This document shows positions 41,461-51,664 of a stretch of 64,000 nucleotides of DNA, one piece after another (the first letter of the stretch is position 1; each line of letters opens with the position of its first letter). The DNA is from an uncultured delta proteobacterium (GTDB lineage Bacteria; Myxococcota; Myxococcia; Myxococcales; Myxococcaceae). The position numbers were made by a program, and so were the translations under genes. The DNA lies in contig CAVQKE010000003.1 of NCBI GenBank assembly GCA_963713045.1, forward strand, positions 384,001 to 448,000, written 5' to 3'. Below the pieces are notes generated by a model. The model searched no databases and was not told where the DNA came from. It was given only the letters and a program-made list of their open reading frames with translations.

Positions 41461-43116
41461 CTACATCAGCAGCCGGGCGATGTCGTTTTTGAAGACGGCC
41501 AGCATCAGCAGCACCAGCACCGCCAGCCCGAAAATGTTGGCAATCTCTCGCGCACGCATCGGAATGGGCCGCCGGCGCACCCATTCCCAAGCCGCCGAAA
41601 GAAGCCCAAAACCGTCCAGCACTGGGATGGGAAGCAGATTGAGGAGCCCGAGGTTGACTGAGATGAGCGCCATGGTGGAGAGAAAAACCCCCAGGCCAAG
41701 CTGTGCGCTTTGAGAGGCGATGCCGTACAGCATGATGGGGCCGCCCAGCATGGAGAAGGGCACGCGGCCGGTGATGAGCATCACCAGATTGCCTCCCACG
41801 CTGGCGATGGTGTCCCCCAGCTTGCGTGCCGCCGCCACCAGCGCCGCCCCCGGGCCCAGCTGGGCAACGTCAAACACCACGCGCTCGTCGCTGGAGAGGT
41901 CGAAGGCAGGGCGAATCCCGAGGTCGAAACCCTTGCCGGCTGGGTCCTTGGGGTCGACCGGCCTCTGCTGAATCTGCGCCGACCGTTCCTGGCCCTGGTG
42001 CAGCCAAATCAGCTGAAAGGGCGTCGCGCCCAAGGACTCAAGCTTGGCTTGAACCCGCAGAATGGACTGCACCGTCTGTCCATCCAGACTGACCAGGCGG
42101 TCGCCGGCGGTGAGACCCGCGGCTTCTGCAGCGCTTCCGGGCAGGACCCGGCCGACGTAGAGGTCCGGCAACTCGATGCCCAGGACGCCTAGGCCCTGGC
42201 CCGTCTGTCGCGGCACCTCCGCGGTGACGCGCTCGGGAACGACGGCCTCGACGGCTGGAAGGTCCGCTGGAAGGCGCCGCAGGGCCTCGATGTGGAGGAC
42301 CCCAGCGGGGTCGGCGTCCAGCCGACGCACCAGCGAAACCATGTCCTGCACCGGTTCACCATCCACCGAGACGATTCGGTCGTAGGTGCGAAGTCCGGCC
42401 CGTTCCGCGGCGCTTCCCGCGGGCACGCCCACCACGGGCATGCGGGGGACCGGGGCAACGCCCAACTTCCCCCACGACTTCTTCTTCTCTTGGCCGTCGT
42501 CGCTTTGCGCAGGGACGAGCCGCAACTGCAAGGAGCGTCCGTCGCGCTCAAGGCCGAGCGTCACTTGCTTACCGCCCTTGCCTTCCATCGCCCGGCGCAG
42601 CTGGTCAAACGTCCGCACCGGGCTGCCGTCGACCGAGGTGATGAGGTCCCCGACGCGGACGCCGGCCTCGGCCGCTGGCATTCCAGGCTCGAGCAGCATC
42701 ACCCGGGAAGAGGTCCTCAGCGGGTAGTGGGTGGTGACGTCGATGGCCTGCGGGAAACCGAGGAAAAGGATGAAGTACAGAAGCAGGGGAAAGCCGAGGC
42801 TGGCCACCGGCCCTGCGCCGACGATGAGGGCCCGCTTCCACGGGGCCTGCGCCAGGAAGCCCCGCGCCTCGTCCTCCGGGCCGCCGCCTTCCTCCCCCAT
42901 GTCGCCGGCCATCTTCACGTAGCCGCCGAGCGGAATCCACGCCACTTGGTACTCGGTCTCGCCGCGGGTGAAGGCAAAAATGCGCGGGCCAAATCCAATG
43001 GAAAAGCGCGTCACCTTCACATTCAGCGCTTTGGCGGCAAGGAAGTGTCCTAACTCATGCACGAAGATGAGAACGCTGAGCAGGACGATGAAGTAGATGG
43101 GATTCTGCAGAACCAT
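41461..43116 (-). CDS. rseP: RIP metalloprotease RseP with multiple PDZ domains
   Basis: HELGH, FSIGFGP, PLGGYVKM, NLLPIPVLDG; follows uppS-cdsA. Confidence 0.93.
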   Translation of the reverse strand: MVLQNPIYFIVLLSVLIFVHELGHFLAAKALNVKVTRFSIGFGPRIFAFTRGETEYQVAWIPLGGYVKMAGDMGEEGGGPEDEARGFLAQAPWKRALIVGAGPVASLGFPLLLYFILFLGFPQAIDVTTHYPLRTSSRVMLLEPGMPAAEAGVRVGDLITSVDGSPVRTFDQLRRAMEGKGGKQVTLGLERDGRSLQLRLVPAQSDDGQEKKKSWGKLGVAPVPRMPVVGVPAGSAAERAGLRTYDRIVSVDGEPVQDMVSLVRRLDADPAGVLHIEALRRLPADLPAVEAVVPERVTAEVPRQTGQGLGVLGIELPDLYVGRVLPGSAAEAAGLTAGDRLVSLDGQTVQSILRVQAKLESLGATPFQLIWLHQGQERSAQIQQRPVDPKDPAGKGFDLGIRPAFDLSSDERVVFDVAQLGPGAALVAAARKLGDTIASVGGNLVMLITGRVPFSMLGGPIMLYGIASQSAQLGLGVFLSTMALISVNLGLLNLLPIPVLDGFGLLSAAWEWVRRRPIPMRAREIANIFGLAVLVLLMLAVFKNDIARLLM

Positions 43117-43161
43117 GTCCGGCCACAGTAACCGCGGCAGGGCCCTGGAACAACGGGCGCG

Positions 43162-43986
43162 CTAGGCCATTCCGCTGCGAAACACCATCACGTACACATA
43201 CACCACCGGCGCATTGAAGAGCAGCGCGTCAACCCGGTCCAGGATGCCTCCGTGGCCGGGGATGAGGAAGCCGGAGTCCTTCGCCCCGTAGGCCCGCTTC
43301 AGCATGGACTCGCACAAGTCCCCCAGCGGCCCGAACAATCCGCCGGCGACCCCAAGCACGACACAGTCCACCGGCGTCAGCACCGGGAAAACGAGGCGGG
43401 TGACGAATAGGCCCCCAATCGAGCCGAGGAAGCCTCCGGCCAACCCCTCCCAGGTCTTGTTGGGGCTCACCGCTGGGAAAAGCTTGTGCCGCCCGAAGGC
43501 CCGGCCGGCGAAGTAGGCCAGGGTGTCATTGGCCCAAGTGATGACCAGCGCAGCGATGACCCACGCCAGGCCGTTGGGGCCCACCCGCAGCGCCGCCACC
43601 GGGGCGAGACCGAGGCCTGCGTACAGGCAGCCGGCAACGGCATGCGCACTGCGCGTCGGCGCCTCTGCCCGAGGCCCGCGAAAGAGGTAGTCAATCCAGG
43701 CCACGTAGAAGACCAGTGCCAGTACCCAGAAGGCTGGAGCGGCGAACCCACGCGGCGAGGCCGTCGCCAGCAGCGGCAGGCTGGCGGCGCCCAAGACGCT
43801 GACCAGCTGAGAGAACCCCAGGCCGCCCGAGGTGAGTTGCGCATATTCGAGGGCGCAGGCGCCGGCCGCCACGGCCACCAGGCCTCCGGCCAGCCAGCCG
43901 CCAGAAAGCAGCAGCAGCACCACCGCCGGCAGGAGAGTCAGCGCCGTCACCACCCGGACCAGCAAGTTTCGGTTGGCGCCGTTCAC
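43162..43986 (-). CDS. cdsA: Phosphatidate cytidylyltransferase
   Basis: [37 protein letters not shown] start overlaps the uppS stop. Confidence 0.95.
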   Translation of the reverse strand: MNGANRNLLVRVVTALTLLPAVVLLLLSGGWLAGGLVAVAAGACALEYAQLTSGGLGFSQLVSVLGAASLPLLATASPRGFAAPAFWVLALVFYVAWIDYLFRGPRAEAPTRSAHAVAGCLYAGLGLAPVAALRVGPNGLAWVIAALVITWANDTLAYFAGRAFGRHKLFPAVSPNKTWEGLAGGFLGSIGGLFVTRLVFPVLTPVDCVVLGVAGGLFGPLGDLCESMLKRAYGAKDSGFLIPGHGGILDRVDALLFNAPVVYVYVMVFRSGMA

Positions 43987-44748
43987 TTGGGGAGCTGAGC
44001 GGACGTCAGACCAAAGCGCCGCTCTCGATGTTGGTACTCCGCGAGGCAGGCCAAAAAGTGGTGCGCTCGAAATTCCGGCCACAGCGTGTCGGTGAAAATG
44101 AATTCCGCGTAGGCCGATTGCCAGAGGAGAAAGTTACTCACCCGGTGCTCTCCACTGGTGCGGATGACGAGAATCGACCGGCGACAGCGGCGCCGTCCAA
44201 AGGGAAGCGGCGAAGCTGTCCGGGGTGAGGGGCCGGTCCAGCAGCGTCCCGGCGCGCGCGGAAGCCACCAACCGGTTGGCCGCCGCCACAATCTCCTCCT
44301 GCCCGCCATAGGACAGCGCCAGCGTGAGCACCATCGCCTGGTTCTCGGCGGACTCCGCCCGAAGGGCCTCGAGCGGGTTACGGACCATTCGCGGCAAACG
44401 GTCGAGCTCACCCACGGCATTCAGCCGGATGCCGTTGTCGAGAATCTCCTTGCGCTCCTTCTCCAAATACTCGCGCAGCAAGTCCATCAGCCCTGCCACT
44501 TCCTCCATCGGCCGCGACCAGTTCTGCGAGGAGAAGGCGTAAAGCGTCAGCGCCGCCACGCCGATGCGGCGGGCGGCGCGCGTCACTTCGCGCACGCTGT
44601 TGCTGCCTTCCCGGTGGCCTTCGAGGCGGGGGAGGCCGCGCTCCTCAGCCCATCGTCCGTTGCCGTCCATGATGATGCCCACGTGGCCGGGAAGAGGCCG
44701 CTCCTTCACCTGCGCCTCCAGGGCGGCGAGCGACGGAATGGTGGCCAT
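43983..44748 (-). CDS. uppS: Undecaprenyl diphosphate synthase (one-base frameshift near 44172, probably a sequencing error)
   Basis: [18 protein letters not shown] and LSYGG in one frame; [19 protein letters not shown] and RERRFG in another. Confidence 0.93.
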
Positions 44749-44965
44749 GGCAGCGGCGCACCATAGGGGCGCCCGCAGCTTCCGTCCACGCTTGCCCACC
44801 AGCTGTCGGGGTTCGTTCTGACCACGCCAGGGCCCCTCAAAAGCAAGCGCTACGCCAGCCCCGCAGCCTCGCGCGTGGTGGCCGAAGTGCGGCCGGTGGA
44901 CCGCGTACCCGGCGCCCAACAACCACGTCTTCGGCTATGGTGCCGCGCCCACAGCCCTCCGGAGG

Positions 44966-46273
44966 TTGCATCTCGTGTCGCTTACCCGTCTGCCGTTGGT
45001 GCTGGCCCTGTTCACGGCCGGCTCCGCGCTGGCCGAGCCCGCCCGCCCCATCGTCCTTCACGCGGCGCGGCTTTTCGTCGGCACCTCGGATGAAATGGTG
45101 TCGGGCGGGGTCGCCATTCTGGTTGAGGGCGGCGTCATCCGGGCCGTCGGGCAGTCGGTGTCCACGCCCTCAGGAGCCGAGGTGATTGAGTTGGGCGACG
45201 TCACCCTGCTTCCCGGCTTCATGGACGCCCACACGCACCTGTCCTTCGAGAGCTCCGACAACTATTACAAGGACCAGGTCGAAGGCCTCCTACGCCATCC
45301 CGCCGAACAGGCGCACTTCGCCGCCAGCTATGCGCGGCGCACCCTGGAAGCCGGCTTCACCACCGTCCGGGACCTCGGTTCGAGCGACTTCATCGACGTC
45401 GGGCTGCGCAATGCCATCAACAAGGGCCTGGTGGTCGGCCCGAGGATGCTGGTCGCGGTCCACGGCATTGGTGCCACCGGGGGCCACGCCGATGGCGACC
45501 CCTACCCGACGGACCGAGTCATTCCCCCGGGAATCCCCGAGGGCATCTGCAATGGCGCAGACGAATGCCGTGCCGCAGTGCGCTACCAGGCCAAGGCCGG
45601 AGCAGACATCATCAAGGTGATGGCTTCAGGCGGGGTGCTTTCGCTCGCCGACTCGGTGGATGCGCCCCAACTCACCCTGGAGGAGCTGACGGCGGTGGTG
45701 GACGAGGCGCACCGCCTCGGAAAAAAGGTCGCCGCCCATTGCCATGGCGACATCGCTGGAAAGACAGCCATCGCAGCCGGAGTCGACTCCCTTGAGCACG
45801 GCAGCTTCCTCAAACCGGATACGCTCGCGCAGATGAAGGCGCGCGGGGTGTACCTCGTCCCAACCCTCATGGCCGGGGAATGGACCGGCGTTAAGACCGA
45901 CAAGTTCCCGCCAGCCATTGCCGAGAAGGCGCGGGCTGCGCTGCAAGCACGCTCTCAGATGTTTCGGGACGCTCTCAAAGCCGGCGTCCGCATCGGCTTG
46001 GGCACGGACTCCGCGGTCAGTCCCCACGGCCTCAACGCACGCGAATTCGGGCTGATGGTTTCTCTCGGGATGACTCCGGCAGCGGCGCTGCGGGCAGCCA
46101 CCAGCGTCGACGCAACACTGCTTGGCGTTTCGGCAAAGCTCGGAACGCTGGAGGTCGGCAAAATCGCCGACGTCGTCGCGGTCCCAGGCAACCCGCTCAC
46201 CGACATCCGGGTCACCGAGCGCGTGCTCTTCGTGATGAAGGACGGCGTGGTGGTGAAGCGCCCCCCCTATTGA
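44966..46273 (+). CDS. Secreted amidohydrolase-family protein (prolidase-like)
   Basis: Signal peptide, PGFMDAHTH, GFTTVRD, IKVMASGG, AHCHG, LEHG, GTD. Confidence 0.9.
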   Translation: MHLVSLTRLPLVLALFTAGSALAEPARPIVLHAARLFVGTSDEMVSGGVAILVEGGVIRAVGQSVSTPSGAEVIELGDVTLLPGFMDAHTHLSFESSDNYYKDQVEGLLRHPAEQAHFAASYARRTLEAGFTTVRDLGSSDFIDVGLRNAINKGLVVGPRMLVAVHGIGATGGHADGDPYPTDRVIPPGIPEGICNGADECRAAVRYQAKAGADIIKVMASGGVLSLADSVDAPQLTLEELTAVVDEAHRLGKKVAAHCHGDIAGKTAIAAGVDSLEHGSFLKPDTLAQMKARGVYLVPTLMAGEWTGVKTDKFPPAIAEKARAALQARSQMFRDALKAGVRIGLGTDSAVSPHGLNAREFGLMVSLGMTPAAALRAATSVDATLLGVSAKLGTLEVGKIADVVAVPGNPLTDIRVTERVLFVMKDGVVVKRPPY

Positions 46274-47004
46274 TGGCCCGCGGGCGCGGGCTCTTCCCAC
46301 AGAGCGATGCCCCCCAAAAGCCCGGCGTTGTTGGAAACAATCTTCACGTGCGGTGGAAGCTCGACATTAATGTGCTTGGCGTTTCCTCCGCCCAGGTAAA
46401 GAAAGCGCGGGTTGAAAATGGGTTCGACCTGCGCCACCACCTTGGCCACGCGCCGGTTCCACTTCCTCTTACCCACCCGTTCCAGCGCGCCCTTGCCGAT
46501 GTACTCCTCATACGTCTTGTCGCCTTTGAAGGGGTGGTGGGCGAGTTCAATGTTGGGCACGTAGCGCCCGTCAACGAAGAGCGCACACCCCATGCCCGTC
46601 CCAAACGTCAGTGCCATCTCCACGCCCTTGCCACGGACCACGCCATAGCCCTGCACGCCGGCGTCGTTGATGACCCGGGTCGGCCGGCGGAGCAGCCGGG
46701 TGAGCGCCCGCGCCAGCGGGAAGTCCACCCACTTGGGGTGCAGGTTGTGCGCAGTGTGGGTAATGCCGTCCAGGCATACCCCGGGGAAGCCGACCGACAC
46801 GCGCTCGAAGGCTCCCAGCGGAGTCACCAGCTTTTCGAGCGCTCGTAAGACTGCGTGGGGCGTGGCGGGCCGGGGGGTCTCCACCCGTGCCCGGTCGGTG
46901 AGCGGCTTGCCCGCTGAGTCGACAATCAGCGCCTTCAAGCCGGTTCCTCCAATGTCGATGCACAGCGTCCGGGGCACTGCCACGTCCGTGGCGGGAGGGT
47001 CCAT
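46267..47004 (-). CDS. ROK-family sugar kinase (polyphosphate glucokinase-like)
   Basis: IDIGGTGLK, VGFPG, NDA, TFGTGMG, ELAH, GGGN, AGLLGG. Confidence 0.88.
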   Translation of the reverse strand: MDPPATDVAVPRTLCIDIGGTGLKALIVDSAGKPLTDRARVETPRPATPHAVLRALEKLVTPLGAFERVSVGFPGVCLDGITHTAHNLHPKWVDFPLARALTRLLRRPTRVINDAGVQGYGVVRGKGVEMALTFGTGMGCALFVDGRYVPNIELAHHPFKGDKTYEEYIGKGALERVGKRKWNRRVAKVVAQVEPIFNPRFLYLGGGNAKHINVELPPHVKIVSNNAGLLGGIALWEEPAPAGHQ

Positions 47005-47118
47005 GGGGGAGATCCTCGGCATGGTCCGCCCCAGAGAGGCAAGCACTTCCGCTGAACGACGCCCAGTTTGACCCCCCTGCCAGCGACTCCCTAGGCTTAC
47101 GACTTTCCTCCTTTCTGC

Positions 47119-48228
47119 ATGCCGCCCAAAGTCATCGGCCCATACCGAGTCTTGGAGACGCTCGGCAGTGGCGGCGCGGGGACCGTCTACCGCGCCCTCG
47201 ACCGCCGCACCGGCGAGCCGGTCGCCTTGAAGCTTCTTTCCACCGGACCGGCCCTGGACCCTCGCGCCGCCCGCCGGCTGGCGCGCGAATTCGAGACGCT
47301 GTCCGAGCTTTCGCACCCCAACGTGGTGAAGGTTTTCGATACCGGCGTCCACCACGGCTACCCCTACCTGGCGATGGAACTGGTGGATGGACTCACGCTG
47401 CGCAACTACCTCGACCTCGAGGCTCCGAACCCCAAGCGCTCCCCCACTCCCCGGCCTCCGCCTCCCACCGTCCCGTGGCAGGACAGCGACACCGGCGAGT
47501 GGAGCGGGCCGCGCACCTTCACCCTGTCGCAGCTGGGCGAGGAGCCACCGAGCGACGATGCCGCCTTCGGCACTGGGCCGGACAGTCTGCGGGCGCTGGC
47601 CGACGCGGTGGAGGAACCGGACACCAATGAGTCGCGCGACGTTTCCTTGCCCTACGAAATCGAACCGGCCCGCGAGCTTCCCACCTTGCCGGCCGTTCCA
47701 GAGGTGGACACTGCCTTTCTCAACCGTCCGGACCGCACCGCGCGCCTTCGCGACGCAATGCTCCAGCTGTGCGATGCCCTCAGCTACATCCACGGCCACG
47801 GCCTCATTCACCGTGACCTCAAGCCAAGCAACGTGATGGTCGACGGGGACAAGGTCGTCCGGCTGATGGACTTCGGGCTGGCCAAATTCCTCGCTGAGGA
47901 CGGAGCGGTGACCGCCGGTGGACGGCTGGTGGGGACCTTTCGCTACATGTCGCCGGAGCAGATTCTCGGGGAGTCGGTGGACCCGCGCGCGGACCTCTAC
48001 AGCTTGGGCGTCATCCTCTATGAGTTGCTGACCGGCCGGCCGCCCTTCGACGCACGGACCCCGCCGGAGCTGTGGCAGAAGGTGCTCGAGACCGAGGCGC
48101 CAGTGGTGACGGCGCTGAACCCGGGGAGTGAACCGCTCCTCGCCCGCATCGCCCAGCGGCTCATTCGCAAGGAGCCCGATGAGCGCTTCCAGACGGCCGA
48201 GGAGGTTCACGAGGCGCTCTTCGAATGA
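47119..48228 (+). CDS. Eukaryotic-like Ser/Thr protein kinase with internal insert
   Basis: [42 protein letters not shown]. Confidence 0.95.
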   Translation: MPPKVIGPYRVLETLGSGGAGTVYRALDRRTGEPVALKLLSTGPALDPRAARRLAREFETLSELSHPNVVKVFDTGVHHGYPYLAMELVDGLTLRNYLDLEAPNPKRSPTPRPPPPTVPWQDSDTGEWSGPRTFTLSQLGEEPPSDDAAFGTGPDSLRALADAVEEPDTNESRDVSLPYEIEPARELPTLPAVPEVDTAFLNRPDRTARLRDAMLQLCDALSYIHGHGLIHRDLKPSNVMVDGDKVVRLMDFGLAKFLAEDGAVTAGGRLVGTFRYMSPEQILGESVDPRADLYSLGVILYELLTGRPPFDARTPPELWQKVLETEAPVVTALNPGSEPLLARIAQRLIRKEPDERFQTAEEVHEALFE

Positions 48229-49157
48229 TGCGGACGGTGCAGCTGCCAGTGGACGCGGCAGGGCGTCGACTCGACGTCGTCGTGGGTGAGGTCCTCGGAC
48301 TTTCCCGGGCCCGGGTGAAGTCTCTCTTCGAGGCCGGCGCGGTGCGCGTCGACGGACGGCGCCCCCACAAAGGTGACCGAGCAACCGGCGGGTCGCGGGT
48401 CGAGGTGGAGCTCGGCGAGGAAGTCTTGGCCCTGGTCCCGGAGCCAGGGCTCGAGCTCCGGCTGCTCTACCAGGACGCCTGGCTGGTCGCCGTGGACAAG
48501 GCCGCCGGAATGCCCTCGCACCCGCTGAAGGCCGGGGAGACTGGGACTGTGGCCAATGCGCTGGTCGCTCGGTTTCCGGAGGTCGCCGCCGCCGGCGAGG
48601 ACATCCGCGAAGCAGGCCTCGTTCACCGGCTGGACATTGAGACTTCCGGGGTGCTGCTTGCGGCACGCGACCGGCTGACATGGGCGGCGATGCGAACGCT
48701 TTTCCAGGAGCGCTCCGTGGACAAGCGTTATTGGGCTCTCGTTTCCGGCCCCGTTGAAGAGGTCGGCGCCATCGACTTGCCCTTGCGCCACAAGGGGGAG
48801 ACCCGAGTCGAGCCGGCGGTGGACGGGGGAGAAGCAGGGCGCGAGGCGCTGAGCGACTTCCGCGTCCTTGGGCGCTCCGGGGACCTCGCACTGGTGGAAG
48901 TCCACATCCTCACCGGCGTGCTGCACCAAGTCCGCGCCCACCTGGCCGCCATCGGTGCCCCGGTGGTGGGGGATGTGCTGTACGGCGGCCGTCCCTTCTC
49001 AGGCCTGCCTCGCTTCTTCCTGCATGCCCGCTCCGTCAGCCTGCAGCACCCGGCGACGGGGGCCGCGCTGCACGTGGAAAGCCCTTTGCCCGAGGAGCTG
49101 CAGCAAGCGCTGGCAGCCGCCAACCTCCAGCCGCCGGAGAGCCGTCGGCCCGCTTAA
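48225..49157 (+). CDS. RluA-family pseudouridine synthase with S4 domain
   Basis: [37 protein letters not shown]. Confidence 0.93.
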   Translation: MMRTVQLPVDAAGRRLDVVVGEVLGLSRARVKSLFEAGAVRVDGRRPHKGDRATGGSRVEVELGEEVLALVPEPGLELRLLYQDAWLVAVDKAAGMPSHPLKAGETGTVANALVARFPEVAAAGEDIREAGLVHRLDIETSGVLLAARDRLTWAAMRTLFQERSVDKRYWALVSGPVEEVGAIDLPLRHKGETRVEPAVDGGEAGREALSDFRVLGRSGDLALVEVHILTGVLHQVRAHLAAIGAPVVGDVLYGGRPFSGLPRFFLHARSVSLQHPATGAALHVESPLPEELQQALAAANLQPPESRRPA

Positions 49158-49188
49158 GCGGCCGCCCCGGGCGAAGCCTGGGGGCCCT

Positions 49189-49830
49189 TTAGGGCCGCAC
49201 CGCGAGGATGCCGCGCTGGGCCATCTCGTTGATGACAATCTTCGCAAAGCCCTGCATCTCCTGACCGATGGTCGTGGGGTTGGTGGTCTGGGTGGTCCCT
49301 GACCAAACCATCTCCAGCTTTGCGGCGTCGAAGACGTCGGTTTCCACCGACACCACCGTGGTGGTGGTGGCCATCGGCGGGACGTAGTCATAACTCCAGG
49401 CCGAGCCATAGTAGCCGTAGAATCCGCCGTAGTAGACCGGAGCCGGCGAGCCGTAGATGTACCCCGGGGTGTAGCTCACGTTGGTGTTGGTTCCGAGGAA
49501 GCGCGTGGTGAGCACGCCGTCCGCGCCGGAGGCACGGATGGCGGCCTCGAGCTTCTCGTTGGGCACCTGGCCGTTTTCGGGGATGAGGGTGTAGCTGGAG
49601 ATGGCCGTCACACCCCGCCCCATCAGCTGGTAGGAGAAGGCGTCCTCAAATGTCCGCCGCCTGCCCCCGTCGCGCGTCACGCAGATGACGAGCACCTTGC
49701 GAAAGCCGGTCGGGATGTAGCCCGGCAACTGCCAGGCAGCCACCAGCTGCGTGCTCGGCCCCGTCGCACAGGACGTCAAGGCGCTGCAGAAAAGCGCGGC
49801 AGCCAGGACGGACGAACGCTGAAATCGCAT
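49189..49830 (-). CDS. Lipoprotein (DUF4136-like)
   Basis: Lipobox LTSC; RRTFED; Tyr/Gly-rich loop; MVWSG. Confidence 0.75.
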   Translation of the reverse strand: MRFQRSSVLAAALFCSALTSCATGPSTQLVAAWQLPGYIPTGFRKVLVICVTRDGGRRRTFEDAFSYQLMGRGVTAISSYTLIPENGQVPNEKLEAAIRASGADGVLTTRFLGTNTNVSYTPGYIYGSPAPVYYGGFYGYYGSAWSYDYVPPMATTTTVVSVETDVFDAAKLEMVWSGTTQTTNPTTIGQEMQGFAKIVINEMAQRGILAVRP

Positions 49831-49902
49831 GAAGGGTTCTCCCAAGACGAAAGGTGGTGCGCACCGTAACACCGGCCGAGGCCGGCGCAGCCAGCCCTTT
49901 TT

Positions 49903-50334
49903 CTATTTGGCCACGGCGCCAGTCGTACCGGCATTGGGCTCCGGGGGAAACCGCACTGAGAGGTCCGCGTCCGGCCCAACGCCCCCTTCTTTGCCATCCC
50001 TGCCCAGCGTCCAAATGCGGGCCGAGCCACCGTCACTCTCATAGTGGTAAGGCCGGCCCCAGCCGTCGTCGCCAACATGGGCAACGTACTTGGGAGCCAA
50101 CTTTTCGAGGCCTTCCGTGGTCGAGGGGAAACGCCCCACTTCGATGCGGTACAGCTTCGCCGCGTTGAGAAGGTTTCGCAGCCGGTAGGGCTCGAGTAGC
50201 TCTGGCGGCTGCGCAAGCAGGCGGTACACCACCCAGCAGCTGCCCAAGGCGAGCAGGATGACGGCCGCGGCAAAGAGGCGTGCCTGCGAGGCGCGGCGAT
50301 GTGCGGCCTGTGCGAGCTCCTCGGGTGCGCCCAC
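49903..50334 (-). CDS. Orphan GspG-like pseudopilin domain protein
   Basis: Y....GRFPSTTEGL..L, DGWGRPYHY, TLGRDGKEGG.G.DAD; N-terminal TM helix. Confidence 0.75.
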   Translation of the reverse strand: MGAPEELAQAAHRRASQARLFAAAVILLALGSCWVVYRLLAQPPELLEPYRLRNLLNAAKLYRIEVGRFPSTTEGLEKLAPKYVAHVGDDGWGRPYHYESDGGSARIWTLGRDGKEGGVGPDADLSVRFPPEPNAGTTGAVAK

Positions 50335-50431
50335 GCGGTGTCACCCCCCAACCCAACCAGTCTCGCTCGCTCGAGGTCCGGAACGCCACCGGGCCTTTTG
50401 GGCAGCCTGCCGCGCTACACTTCTGCGACCC

Positions 50432-51661
50432 ATGGACGCTCCGCGCGCCATCCTCCACCTGGACATGGACGCCTTCTACGCCTCGGTGGAGCAGCGGGAC
50501 GCTCCGGCGCTGCGTGGTCGCCCGGTCATCGTCGGCGGTCACCCGAAGCGAGGAGTGGTGCTGGCTGCCAGCTACGAGGTGCGTCCGCGAGGCGTCCGCA
50601 GCGCGATGCCGATGGCGCGGGCCATCTTGCTTGCTCCGGACGCGGTGGTCGTGCCCCCACGCTTCGCGGCCTACGCCGAGGCAAGTGAGCAGGTGTTCGC
50701 CATTTTTGAACGCTACACGCCCCTCATCGAACCGCTGTCGTTGGACGAGGCGTTTCTCGATGTCAGTGGCTCGCGGACTCTCTTCGGCCGGCCCGGTGCC
50801 ATCGCCGCGCGCATCCGCTCGGAGGTCGCGAGGGAAGTGGGCCTTCCAAGCTCTGCCGGAATTGCCGCCGTGAAATTCGTCGCCAAGGTCGCCAGCGACT
50901 TGGCAAAGCCCAATGGCCAGCGCGAGGTCCCTCTCGCAGAGACGCAAGCCTTCCTCGCGCCGCTGCCGGTGGCCAGGCTGTGGGGTGTCGGGCCCAAGCT
51001 GGAGGCCACGCTGCGCGGGCTTGGCCTACGGACGGTGGGTGATGTTGCACGAGCCGACCGCGAATTGCTCGCCGAGCAACTGGGAGACACCGGCCGCCAC
51101 CTAGCCGCGCTGGCCCGCGGAGAGGATGACCGCGCGGTGGTCCCCGACCGGCAGGCGAAGAGCATCGGCGCCGAGGACACCTTCGCCGAGGACACCGAGT
51201 CGGCCGAGGTGCTCCACCGGGCACTCCATGCCCAGGCGCTCCGCGTCGGCCGTCGCCTGCGACGGGCCGGTCTGAAAGCCCGCACCGTTCAGCTGAAAAT
51301 CAAGCTGTCCGACTTCACGCTTCTCACCCGGCGGCGCACGCTCGAGACGCCCACCGACGACGGCCAGCGACTCTATCGCGAGGCGGCAGAGCTGCTGGCG
51401 CGGCTGGCACCGACGGCGGCGGTCCGCCTCACCGGGGTCTCCGCGCAGGAGTTGGTTGGCCAGCACTCGCAGCTCGGCCTTTTCGGAGAGCCCGAGGAAC
51501 GTTCGGCCCGCCTCAACGCCGCCCTCGACGCCATCGCAGCCCGCTACGGACAGGGCGCGGTGACGCCGGCCGACGTCGCGGACCTCGGGGCGGACACGGA
51601 AGAGGACGAGGCTCGCCGAAGAGCCGGAGGAGCTCGCTTCGACGTCCTCAGCGAGGGTTAG
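50432..51661 (+). CDS. dinB: DNA polymerase IV
   Basis: HLDMDAFYASVE, ASYE.R..GV.SAM, SLDEAF, AKVASD..KPNG, LWGVG. Confidence 0.96.
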   Translation: MDAPRAILHLDMDAFYASVEQRDAPALRGRPVIVGGHPKRGVVLAASYEVRPRGVRSAMPMARAILLAPDAVVVPPRFAAYAEASEQVFAIFERYTPLIEPLSLDEAFLDVSGSRTLFGRPGAIAARIRSEVAREVGLPSSAGIAAVKFVAKVASDLAKPNGQREVPLAETQAFLAPLPVARLWGVGPKLEATLRGLGLRTVGDVARADRELLAEQLGDTGRHLAALARGEDDRAVVPDRQAKSIGAEDTFAEDTESAEVLHRALHAQALRVGRRLRRAGLKARTVQLKIKLSDFTLLTRRRTLETPTDDGQRLYREAAELLARLAPTAAVRLTGVSAQELVGQHSQLGLFGEPEERSARLNAALDAIAARYGQGAVTPADVADLGADTEEDEARRRAGGARFDVLSEG

Positions 51662-51664
51662 GCT

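Noticed and set aside
46267..48891. 874-aa minus-strand ORF as a large ROK fusion
   Set aside because: Only the last ~245 aa are ROK-like. The rest is antisense to the kinase and RluA genes.
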